Assembly (NCBI GenBank): GCA_951406725.2
Contig: OX597817.1
Location: forward strand, 68,696,001-68,760,000
From: Octopus vulgaris
Taxonomy: Eukaryota
Length of the DNA: 64,000 nucleotides
Reading direction: 5' to 3'
A program made the translations under genes and the position numbers. Below are positions 26,336 to 37,490 of the stretch, piece after piece (position 1 is the stretch's first letter; each line of letters begins with the position of its first letter). Under the pieces are notes generated by a model. The model was not told the DNA's origin. It saw nothing but the letters and a program-made list of their open reading frames with translations, and did not search any database.

Positions 26336-27815
26336 CCACACATACATATACATTTACAGACATATTCTTTTTTTTTATTGCAACAAAGTAGATCTTGATT
26401 AAAATGGAAAGAGTAACTGAAGTGAGAAGAATACCTACAGCATCTTAAACAGCTCAGAGATTTGCTGGAGCATTGGGCGGTGTTATCAATGTCAGACACG
26501 ATCATAAAAATTGAAATCCCATGTGGTGAAAAGGATTTTTTTTTTATTAATCTGGTCTTGACTAACACTAAGTTGTTGACTAAAAGGTTTCACTTTCATA
26601 TATTTTATTTATAATTTATACCAAAAGAAAAAAGTAAGATATAGCAGTTACTAATCTAGGCTGAATTAGGTCAGATTAATTATAGGAGAAAACTTTCAAA
26701 TTCACATCTCAAAGATTCTTCTGCGTATGCACCTTTGTTGTTGCTGGTTCCAATAAAAGAAAAATATAAACTAAACTTTTCCTATTTTAAACCTTACTTG
26801 TGCATATAATTTTTTTTTTTTGTAGTTCATTTTCAAAAAAGGTACAATATCAAGAACACTGACTTTGGTAAATAACGTGAATACATTTTTTTTAAATGGT
26901 TTTCCTTATATATTTTTTGTCCTTTAATTGGAAACTATTTTTTTATATTTATTACAGCATAAATGGAACAACATATAATTGTGACTAGCCCTATATATTT
27001 AACCGAATATTTACACGCAATTATCTACAGCTTTAAGGCAGTGAGCTGGCACAATCATTAGCACACTGGGTAAAATGCTTAGTGGCATTTAGTCAGTCTT
27101 TATGTTCTGAATTCAAGTTCTGGCAAGGTTGACTTTGCTTTTCATTCTTTCGAGGTCATTAAATTAAGGACCAATGAAACATTGGGATCAATGTAATCAA
27201 CTAGTCCTCTTCCCCAAAATTCCAGGCCTTGTGCCTTCAGTAGAAAGGATTACCGATAGCTTTATCTGCTTTGAGATACACTGTTCCAAAAAAAAAAATT
27301 CTGCTCATGAAGATTCTAAATTCTTATGACATTAACAATGTATCATATGTATGAATACATATACATGTGTGTGTGTGTATGTACAAATACACACCACACC
27401 ACACTCACAGACACACACAGGCATAGCTGCATGGTGGAGAAGGTGACTCCCAAACCTGTGGTTTGGAAGGTTCAGTCCCACTCTACAGTATCTTGGGAAA
27501 GTGGTATCTGCTATATCTCTGAGATGAACAAAATGTTGTCAATGGATTTGCTAGAAAGAAGCATGCTGGGCATGTGTGTGTGTGTATGTAGTATATATAT
27601 ATATATATATTTATATGGAAAGAAGAAGTGTTTTTCCATGCAGGAAAAATATAGGAAAATATGTTTGAGGGTTTGAAAATATGCCTGAAAATTGTTGAAA
27701 CCGGTTTGGTATTTGAATAAATCTATTGCAAAATTAAAAAACAACACATTTTGAGATTCTGTTACCTTTTCAAACCTCAAAAGATTTTATTCCATATATA
27801 TATATATATATATAT

Positions 27816-27926
27816 AACAGAAGCAACACAGCAACTCAAGCGCTAAGAGTTTCTTCCATTGGAACTTATCAAATATGTGCCAATGAATGAAACTTTTGGC
27901 CCTGGAGTCACTCTGTTGCTTCTGTT
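27816..27926. repeat. Palindromic 111-bp element inserted in (TA)n
   Basis: About 47-bp imperfect arms AACAGAAGCAAC...CATTGG / CCAATG...GTTGCTTCTGTT with a 17-nt loop; (TA)n on both sides. Confidence 0.8.
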
Positions 27927-28856
27927 ATATATATATATATATATATATATATACCCATATTTTGAGTTCTATTTTCCCTGTTAGTGTGTATGTGTATATA
28001 CATATATATATATGTGTGTATATATATGTCTGTATATGTGTATGCATAAGTGTGTGCATGTTGCTGTTGCCTTGCCTTTGCAATCAGTGTTCTTCATTTC
28101 CATTCTCCTTGAAAAAACATGTGCGGTCATGAGTAAATATTACCTTGCTGGGAAAAGATGAGGGTTGGTGACACAAAGGGCATCTGGCTACAGAATAATC
28201 TGCCTCAACAAATTCTGTTTGACCCATACTAGGATAGAAAAATGGGTATTAAAAAAATTATGATAATGATCTTATATATATATATATATGTATATGTAGG
28301 TATATATGTATACATATGCACACTTTTATATATAAGTGCATATATTCATATATACATACCTATATGTATATATATATATAGGTATGTGTGTGTGTATATA
28401 TGTATGTATGTGTGTGTGCGTTATATGTATAGAATCACACAGCAGCATATCTTCAGGAACCATTTATTTGGTTTAGCTTACAGTTCCACCTGTTCCACAC
28501 GGCTGCACAAATTTTAGCAGAGACTGTCATATAGTCTTTTGAATCTCCAAGACAAACACAATAATGCTTGCTTGAAGGTTTACTATTTCGAAATCTATAT
28601 ATATGTGAGCAGCAAAAATCTATTTTGGACTTCCAAAACACTTAGATACCGATTTGCTTGTCTAACTGAATTTATCGCCAAAAATAGTTGTTTGTGTTTC
28701 TTGTTTGTGATTAAAGTTTTAGTGTTTTTGCTGCCATTGCAGCTACTGTTGCCATTGTTGGTGAAAATTGTTGTTATTGTTATTGTTGCTGTATATTCTG
28801 TTCACTTATGTAGGTGCCATTGTGTATCAGGTACACACACACATACACACAGAGTC

Positions 28857-28895
<39 letters not shown>

Positions 28896-29973
28896 ACATA
28901 CATAAAAATTGCTCACCTATATGCATTTATTCAACGATGTATTGGCATTCATGTATGAACAACCATACACACACACACCCATGCAAATACACATACATTG
29001 ATACATATATATATATATATGTAAGTGTGTGTGTATATTTCTATATATATATGTATATACGTGTGTATCTATCTATCTATAAACACACACACATATGTAT
29101 ACATATATCGATATATATATATATATGTACACACAAACAGATACACACATATATATATACATATATACACACCCATACACATCTATATACATACATACAT
29201 ACACATGCATGCATGCTCATATACACAGATAAACACACACACACGCATGCATGCACATATACATACATACCCTGCTGTAGTTATTTCTTAGTGAATATAT
29301 ATATATGTAGATGTTTACTTATGTAAAATTCTTTTGCATTCAGAAACTCAGAAGCATGTCTGGAAGTTACAATATATGTGTGTATATTCACAAGAGCATG
29401 CATGTATGTACATGCACACACACGTTAAAAAATACACACACACTCATGCACATATATGTATGTATATGCACATACATACTCTCACGCATACATTTTAACA
29501 AACATCTTTATATGTGTATATGTGGATATATATATATATTCATGCACACAGACACATACACACACCCACAGATACATACATATAAGCACAGGTTCTTAGA
29601 CAGAAAATAAGTAGTTTATTGATTGTGATGTAAGAAGGCATTTAATATCTTCACTCTACTGACACAGATGTTTAACAAGCAGCATATGGATGTGTGAGGA
29701 ACTGTTTCTATGAATGAATAGAAATGTACGTCTTGTGAGAAGCCACACTGGCTTAACAGATAGGTTGTCGGCCTCTTGGCCATAAAGTTGTCAGCTTGCA
29801 TGCCATCATGCCATCATTCCATCAATGCAAAATATTGTAACTCTGAGCAAATAAAAAGCTGAACACTTCTTTTCCTTGACAATCCTCCACCAGCATCGCT
29901 GTTGTAGTAGTATCGAGTTATTTGAAGGAAGGGAGATACATTTCATAAAAGAGGAAGAGAGAGAGAGAGAGAG

Positions 29974-30012
<39 letters not shown>

Positions 30013-30033
30013 AAGAGAGAGAGAGAGAGAGAG

Positions 30034-30070
<37 letters not shown>

Positions 30071-30139
30071 AAAGATATTTTCTTTTATGGCATCAAAGTA
30101 AATGGCAGTTGACAACTGCATCAATGTTCTACAATGCCG

Positions 30140-30690
30140 AGATCAAACTCCAGTTGTGTGTAGGATGGTGTGGATGGTGTGCCTGGGCAGTGTGATATGA
30201 AAAACAGCCTGTTGCCCATGCTATTTGTCCCCCTTCTCCACCTAATTGATGGAGCCAAAGGAACAGTAGGGCTGCTATAGTTTGGCGTCAACACAGTCGC
30301 AGGAGCTGCCAGAACGAAGTTGAGATCAGCATCGAGCTACCTTAGGGGCTCCAACTCCGGATTTTTCCTCGAGGTTTACTCCTGAAGCCTATTCCATGAC
30401 TGGATAAGGCAGCAGTGGAAGTTTGAAATTACAGTTTTTCTTCTCCTAGATGGGCAGCCTTTCTAGGCTGATGAGCCCCAACTACCCAAAGCATTTGGTT
30501 TTAAGGCACCAGAGGCCTGCCTTTGCCCCTTCTCCTGTCTGTAAAAGCAGTTCCGCCACGAGCAGACAGGGAGTTGTTTTTTGGTTGTCAGAGGCTTTTT
30601 GAGACGCCCGCCATTTGGGAGCATTTTGTAGATAGTGGGCGCTTATCCCTACTGCCATCCCGGCTGTGACAACCTTTGGAAAAGACATTA
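30140..30690 (-). mobile_element. GC-richer element resembling an RTE-clade 5' leader (non-autonomous derivative)
   Basis: Minus strand GGGGCTCATCAGCCTAGAAAGGCTGCCCATCTAGGAGAAGAAAAAC...TTTCAAAC resembles RTE 5' UTRs as I recall them (not searched); visibly GC-richer than the flanks; stems GGTTGTCA/TGACAACC and CCTGTCTG/CAGACAGG. Confidence 0.55.
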
Positions 30691-31309
30691 AAAAATATAA
30701 GAATAAGGACAATAGAAATTAAGTACCAGTCAAATACTGGAGTTTATTAAAATGAATGTCCTATCCACCTTGAAACATTTACTGCAGCCTTTGTGCTTAT
30801 GTTAGAAGTCACCATTATCATTATTAGTGTTGATAAAACAGCAAGCTGGCAGAATTGTTAGCATGCTGGGGTCGATAAAATATGTACCAGTTAAGCACTG
30901 GGGTCAATGTTATTGAAATTGCTGGCTCTGCACCAAAATTCGAATACCACTATTATTACCATTCTTAATTAAAAAAATGAGCTGGCAGAATCATTAGTGT
31001 GCCGATCAAAATGCTCGGCAGCATTTCATCCATCTTTATGTTCTAAGTTCAAATTCTACCTAGCTTAGCTTTGCCATTCATCCTTTTGGGGGTTGATAAA
31101 ATAAGTATCTGTTGAGTACAGGGGTCAATGTCATCAACCTACCCCTTCCTCTAAAATTCATTGAAATCCTGGCCTTGTGCCAAAATTTGAATATCACTTT
31201 TATTATCTACTATAATGATACTGTTATATTTTTCTCTGTCACAACATATGAATGAGAAAGGAAAGGGTGATAGATGAATAAGGAAGGAAGGGGTGATGGC
31301 AAACTTGGT

Positions 31310-31545
31310 AGTGGGATGATGGAAATTCTATGGTGAGAAAAAATCAAGCATTGTTTCAACTCTGTTTGAGTATATGTGTGTGTATGTAAAGGGGAGGTAT
31401 GTGAATGTGTGTGTGTGTGTATGTGTGTGCAATGGAAGTGGGATGGTGAACATTCAATGCTGAAAAGAAAAATCAAGCAGAGTTTCAACTCTGTGTGAGT
31501 GTATGTGTGTATATGTACAAGGGAAGTGTATGAATGTTTGCATGT
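31310..31545. repeat. Diverged ~125-bp tandem duplication
   Basis: GTGGGATG...AAAAATCAAGCA..GTTTCAACTCTGT.TGAGT.TATGTGTGT occurs twice. Confidence 0.7.
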
Positions 31546-31550
31546 GTGAA

Positions 31551-31864
31551 CTAGCGTTCTTTCAGTAACAAATGATGATCAATGCCACATCTTAAAAGAC
31601 AACCACTAAATAACATTGATAAGTGTATTAATTTGATTTACCATCCATATTCTATCCTGTATTTAGTCACGTCCAGCTTGAGTCGTACAAGGAAGGAAAA
31701 CTTTAAAATCCTTTGACGGAAACAAGCAGTCAAGAGATATTAGTTGCAGAGAGATTTTTCATAAAATATTTGGTAATTATTAAGCTAAAAAATTGGTTTT
31801 GTACCTTATTTATATATAAATACTATAATTAGCTGTCATTTTTGACAGCACGGGGCCAGTTAGT
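31551..31864 (+). mobile_element. Helitron 3' end with Pif1-family helicase C-terminal relic
   Basis: LAF/SVT...Q (LAFAMTINKSQGQ-like), PVFSHVQL (PVFSHGQL), RKENFKIL and REIF, then hairpin GCTGTCATTTTTGACAGC and TTAG|T (CTAG-like). Confidence 0.65.
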
Positions 31865-32389
31865 TGTTAATAATGCAGCCAGCTGACAGAATCATTAGCA
31901 TGCTCAGAAGCATTACACCTGTCTTCATTTTCTGAGTTCAAATGCCACAGAAGTCAACTTTGCCTTTTGTTTCTTTGACGTCAATAAAATAATTAACAAT
32001 GAGCACAGGGGTTGATATAATTAACTTCCCAACCTCTCACAGTTACTGGTTTTGTGTCAAAATTAGAGACTTCTATGTTTTTGTATTACTTTTTTTATTC
32101 ATATAATTTGCCACAAGGGCATTACATAGAAGGGAAGCTGCAGCCTGGACATAGACATAATGTTATGAAATGACAAATGAAAATGATGATAAATGAGGAC
32201 AACAAGCAACGCCCAACGATTGCTGTTTACCCAAGAACATTGCTCTTTTAAACCTCATACATTTTTCACAGTTCAATATAAAATTAATTTATGAGGCAAC
32301 AAACCTCTTACATTTTTCATAATTCAATAACAAAAATGAGGCACCAAGCCTCTTACTTTTATTTTCAGTTATAAATGTATTACTTTTTG

Positions 32390-32735
32390 CCAGATTCCTG
32401 CTGTGAGAACGTGAGTTGAAACAGATATTGTTATATTTCGGGATAGCCATCTTTTTTTTTTACCAAATAAACATACATAAAATATATTTGTTCTTCACTT
32501 CAGATTTATTATTGTTCTTATTTTATGTCCTTTGTCTGGAAATCTTTCTAAAAAGACTAAACAGAACAGGAGGAGACACATGGGATGGAGAGTCACTGAA
32601 GAGGTCACAGATGCGTGACAAAAGATTTTCAGACAATAGATATAAAATAAGAGCAATAATAAATCTAAAGTGAAGAATGAACCTATTGTGCATGTGTTTA
32701 TTTAGCAGAAAAAAAAGAGCTTCCTGAAATATAAT
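32390..32735. mobile_element. Inverted-repeat cassette, family B (PLE pseudo-LTR-like)
   Basis: About 115-bp arms (32431-32548 versus 32621-32735) around a ~70-bp spacer; same architecture at 59880-60212; a terminal fragment at about 50265-50345. Confidence 0.75.
32592..32635 (+). ncRNA. Minimal hammerhead motif, family B
   Basis: GTCA CTGAAGA G GTCAC-AGATGC-GTGAC AAAA GATT TT CAGACA; GAAA is decayed to AAAA at a CpG, and is intact in the 60061 copy. Confidence 0.6.
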
Positions 32736-33862
32736 AGTAAGAAAATATTATTATTGTTGTTGTTATAAAGAGTGATGAATCCTTAGTGTTGGAACAAAAT
32801 GTGTTGAGGTATTTCTTCCAGGTCTTTACATTCTGAGTTCAAATCCAGCTGGGGTAAGTTTTAACTTTGATCGTAGGATTAATAAAATAAGATACCAGTC
32901 AAGTACGGTGGTCCATTAAATTGACTAACCCCTCCCTCTAAACTTCTACAACAGAAGACACTTATCCAAGGTGCCATGCAGTGGGTCTGAACCCAGAACC
33001 ATGTGGTTGGAAAGCAAACTTCTTACCATATAGCCATGCCTGTGTCTATCAGAATGATTAAGAAAATTATACCTTTAATAGAATGATAAATGGTTGTTTT
33101 ATTTCATGTTAATAAAACTGTTATTATTTTATTCGTAATTATGATTTACTTAAATCGCTTAAACAGAGCATGACATTGAAGGTGTTGAAGTGATATTGTT
33201 ATCGTTAAGTAAGAAAAGATTTGTTTATGATGTTATTGATTGATGATTATCAGAATATAAAGTGATTAGGAGAAAGAAAATATATCCTCGGATGATGGCA
33301 ATGCTGGTTTCAAAAATAAAGTAGCCAATTTAGAGATGCAGGCATAACTGTGCCTGTGTGGTAAGAAGTTGGTAAGAAGTGTGGTAAGAATTTTGCTTCC
33401 TAGCTATGTGGTTCTGGGTTAGTCCTACTGTGTGACACCTTTGGCAAGTCTCTTCTACTATAGCCCTGGGTTGACCAAAGCCTTATGAGTGGTTTCAGTA
33501 GACAAGAACTGAAGAAGCCTGTCACATGTCTATATATATATATATATATATATATGCTTGGTTTCTATGTTGTTAACAGCAAAAACATCATGAGAGGCAA
33601 GGGATGAGTCTGGGGAGCCTGTAACTTGTTTTAAAACATCTATTAATCAAATATTTCAGTGTCAGCAAGGTTTGCTTTCTTCAGGCCATATATAGAGAGC
33701 ATTCTTCTGTACAATTGCAAAGTGGATGGTCACGAAGCTTCAATGATGCATTGATAGTATTTACATCTGGTTTTTCATGTGGGCTTAAGACATCTCTAAT
33801 GGATGCATTCCTTCCATCTCTGCTACTGTAGCTCAATGTAAGGTAGGCTTTACTGGATACTC

Positions 33863-33928
<66 letters not shown>

Positions 33929-34062
33929 GACACACATGTGGGCACACACATATAATGGTAGTTTTAAAGATAATAATAAATAAATATGAAGTTATGTTTA
34001 CACCACTTCAACATGGCTGTTCTGTATGAACCAACGTTACTACCATTTTTTTAACCCCAAGA

Positions 34063-34304
34063 GAATGCCTCCTCTCCTCTAGCTGGTTATTGATGCAATA
34101 GTTACTGCTTTCATCTCTTATGGAGAATTTCTAAATAGGAAGTTGTTCAATGAAAGTGAAGCCCATCTCCTCCATGTATTTTGAATGCCTCCTCTCCTCT
34201 AGCTGGTTATTGATGCAATAGTTACTGCTTTCATCTCTTATGGAGAATTTCTAAATAGGAAGTTGTTCAATGAAAGTGAAGCCCATCTCCTCCATGTATT
34301 TTGA
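34063..34304. repeat. Exact 120-bp tandem duplication
   Basis: 34063-34182 is identical to 34183-34302, with GA microhomology at the junction. Confidence 0.95.
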
Positions 34305-34600
34305 TCAATACTAAGTGCTAATGTATTACATCTTCATCTGATTTGTTTCAAAATATGTTAGTTGTTCTCTCTCTCTCTCTCACACACACACACTGTATGT
34401 GTGCGTGTTTATATGTGCATATGTATGTGTGCATGTATATATGTCCTAGTTGTGACTTTAAACTACATCTAACAGTGGGACTCTGGTTCAGGAGTTCCAG
34501 AGTTTTGAGAATTGTGGAACCACCTCTTAGACACTATTGTTCCCAGATTCACTCTGACCCGGAATACTAACATCTGTCTGGGTCCCATCTATCATATAGT

Positions 34601-34901
34601 GGAGGCACATGGCCTAGTGGTTAGAGCAGTGGACTTGCGGTCGAGGGATTGTGGGTTCGAATCTCAGACTGGGTGATGTGTGTGTTTATGAGCGAAACAC
34701 CTAAGCTCCATGCGGCTCCGGCAGAAGGTAATGGTGAACTTCTGCTGACTCTTTCGCCACAACTTTCTCTCACTCTTTCCTCCTGCATCTTGCAGCTCAC
34801 CTGCAACGGACCAGCGTCCTGTCCAGGTGGGGAACCTATATGCCAAGGAAACCAGGAAACTGGCCCTTATGAGCCAGGCATGGCTCGAGAAGGAACAAAC
34901 A
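34601..34901 (+). mobile_element. tRNA-derived SINE (family 3-related, young) with 11-bp TSD
   Basis: A box TGGCCTAGTGG, B box GGTTCGAATCT; ATCTATCATAT at 34587-34597 and 34902-34912. Confidence 0.88.
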
Positions 34902-35199
34902 ATCTATCATATGTGATAACAGTCCATCTGAGTACAGAGATGTAGAAATACTCTTGGCTGGTATCCAGCATGCAATAGAACCACCAGGAATGAAGAACAA
35001 CTCCTAGCTGTTCTCATAGCATCCTTGTAGGAAATGGAGAGTCTGACGTAAAAGCCATGGTTTCACAAGATTACTGATCAGATATATGTCACCTTGGCCT
35101 CTCACTAGGTACTAAGCATGGAGATTCAGAGAGTGGTACTCATGTTGTACAAGTGTTTATCACTATAATCCAATGACATGCAGATGTTGCTTTGTGGTG

Positions 35200-35450
35200 A
35201 ACTTGATTGTTGTTCTATTTACTGAAAGTCCCATGACAATGGAAAAGTAGTGACATGTGCAAGATTTACACTGTTGCAAGTGCATTGTAGGTTACAACTT
35301 CTATATCTCACCTATGATCCAAACCATGCAGATCAACAATGGGACTGAGGAGTCATCTGAGAGGTCATGGATGGAAAGTCGGAAATGCCATTGACAACAA
35401 GGAAACACAAGGAGACAGCAATCATCTCGTGAAGATGGAGCAGTCACCAT
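35200..35450 (+). mobile_element. RTE-type LINE 3' end (C-terminal zinc-finger relic)
   Basis: 35318-35371 reads SKPCRSTMGLRSHLRGHG, matching the RTE terminal C..C.R.C.S.IGL.SH.R.H pattern. Confidence 0.55.
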
Positions 35451-35639
35451 ATATCATCATCATCGTTTAACATCCATTTTAGATGTTGGCATGGGTTTGA
35501 TGGCTTGACATGGAGCTGGCCAGCTGGGAGCCGTCCACACTCCAATTGTCTGTAGTGGAATGGTTTCTACAGCTGGATGCTCTTCATAACACCAACCACT
35601 TAACAGAGTGTACTGGGTGCATTTTATGTGGCACCAGTA

Positions 35640-35890
35640 TCTGAAAGAACAAGCCTGTACATGTGGAAGACAGCAATTTTACTAAGCTTGACTGCGTATT
35701 TTCAAGTACAGCAAATCACCACATATCATGATCTCTTTTGTCATTTCCTGAGTGAGACCCAGCATCTGAAGATCCTTTCTCATCACGTTATCCCTTGTCT
35801 CCTTGAGTCTGCCCCTTCCACAGGCACCTTTCACAATTAGAGCTTGGAACTTCTTTACACAGCTGTCCTCATCCATACACATCACACACA
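35640..35890 (-). mobile_element. RTE-type LINE C-terminal fragment joined to a (GAT)n-tail segment
   Basis: VMCMDEDSCVKKFQALIVKGACGRGRLKETRDNVMRKDLQMLGLTQEMT (GHV.RM...RGRP.KTW...V.KDL pattern). Confidence 0.75.
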
Positions 35891-36084
35891 CAAACACAGA
35901 TGAGTGAGAGTGCATGGCCTAGTGGTTAAGGTGTTGCACTCATGATCGCAAGATCATGGTTTCAATTCCAAGACCAGATGGTGCATTGTGCTCTTGGGCA
36001 AAACACTTCATCTCACATTGCTCTGCAATCACTTTGACACCTGATACATGGTAGACCATGCACCTGTTCAGGTAACATCTATCT

Positions 36085-36126
<42 letters not shown>

Positions 36127-36248
36127 GAGAGAGCTAAAGTATAGCACATACATTTGATTACTATAAACAAATGATCTATGCAAGTCATTCACCAAAAGCT
36201 GAACACTCATATGTCGTCTTTGATGGGGAAGTCATTCATATGATATAT

Positions 36249-37264
36249 ATCTTCTCTCTTCGCTCTTATACGCCATTTGGTCTCAACTCTCCCCCCCTCC
36301 TCATCTAACCCCCCTCTCCCCCTCCTCACCTATCCGTCCCCCCGACCCCTACTTCTTCAGTCCTTCATCCTTTCACCCCTACTCCCCTTCCCTTCTTCCC
36401 TCTTTCTCCCTCCCTCCTTCCCTCTTCCCCTTCCCTCTGCTCCCTCACTCCCCTTCTCTCTCCCCCTCCCCCTCCCCCTCTTTCCTCCTTCCTCCCCCTC
36501 CTCCTCCCCTTCCTTCTCCCCCTCCTCCCCTCTTCCCCCCTCTCCTTCCCCTCCCCTTCTCCCCCTCTTCTCCTCACTACACCACACGACTTTACACATC
36601 ACATCATATATGATGTGCCATACTAATACATACACCAACTAATACATACTAATACGTACTAATACATACTAATACATACACCAACCCTATACATACACAC
36701 GTCCAGACCCCTCATACGCACTTACACTCTCTCATACACACACACACACACTTATACATACTAATACGTACTAATACATACTAATACATACTAATACATA
36801 CACCAACCCCATACATACGCCTGTCCAGACCTATCCTACGCACTAATACTCTCTCATACACACACACACACACTCACACACACTTATACATACTAATACA
36901 TACTAATACATACACCAACCCTATACATACACACGTCCAGACCCCTCCTACGCACTAATAGCTGGTCATTCAACCCTATTATCAACCCTATTATCTCCCC
37001 TTATTTCGCTCTCGCGTCTCATGTTTGATCTTTGACTTCTGGCCGAAATCAGATCGCCATGTTGATTCGTTAGTTACTGCACGCATTTTTTTTCTCTCCT
37101 TCTTTCTCTGTTTTTTTTCTCTCTGTGTATCTTTCTGTTGAAGAGCGTAGGCTCGAAACGTTAAAGACTTGTTTTATTTATATTTCCTGAGTGCCATACT
37201 AATACAATTGTTTGTTTGTTTTCCACCTGCCTTCGTCTTTTGTCTATTTTCATAAAGCTTCCCG

Positions 37265-37266
<2 letters not shown>
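36249..37266 (+). mobile_element. Young 5'-truncated Penelope-like copy (family A) between TA tracts
   Basis: 36249-36308 reads IFSLRSYTPFGLNSPPLLI*, homologous to the ORF end at 398-457. It is followed by a polypyrimidine tract, (CATACTAATA)n higher-order repeats at 36620-36960, the hammerhead tail and (TA)n. CpGs are retained. Confidence 0.85.
37130..37167 (+). ncRNA. Minimal type-I hammerhead ribozyme motif, family A, best copy (U6 variant)
   Basis: Stem I TCTTT/AAAGA, core CTGTTGA plus A, stem II GAGC-GTAG-GCTC, GAAA, palindromic AACGTT in place of helix III; predicted cleavage after GUU (37162). Confidence 0.7.
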
Positions 37267-37305
<39 letters not shown>

Positions 37306-37490
37306 CTTGATGAAAGGCGAGAGATTAAAAAGACAAGCAAAACATTGAAGGATTTGGTACATTGGAATATAGAGTAAAATTTTTATTTTTATTTAAGTCC
37401 CCAATGAGAAAACAAAAGGTTTTCCCCCCACCAGTTCCAAACCTTTTATGTAACTATCACATTTTATGTGTACGAATAAAAATATATATA

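Noticed and set aside
26426-26590. Frame reading EEYLQHLKQLRDLLEHW, faintly like an LTR-RT segment or a coding exon
   Set aside because: Stops immediately upstream, no YxDD motif and no convincing splice sites.
34601-34675. tRNA-like sequence with good A and B boxes (also 19842, 23000, 46003)
   Set aside because: No acceptor stem closure; it continues into a SINE body, and the 34601 and 19842 copies are enclosed by TSDs, so these are SINE heads rather than tRNA genes.
36620-36960. Regularly repeated units, superficially CRISPR-like (also 18690-19060 and 24300-24700)
   Set aside because: No unique spacers, units are degenerate tandem repeats, the context is eukaryotic and there are no cas genes.
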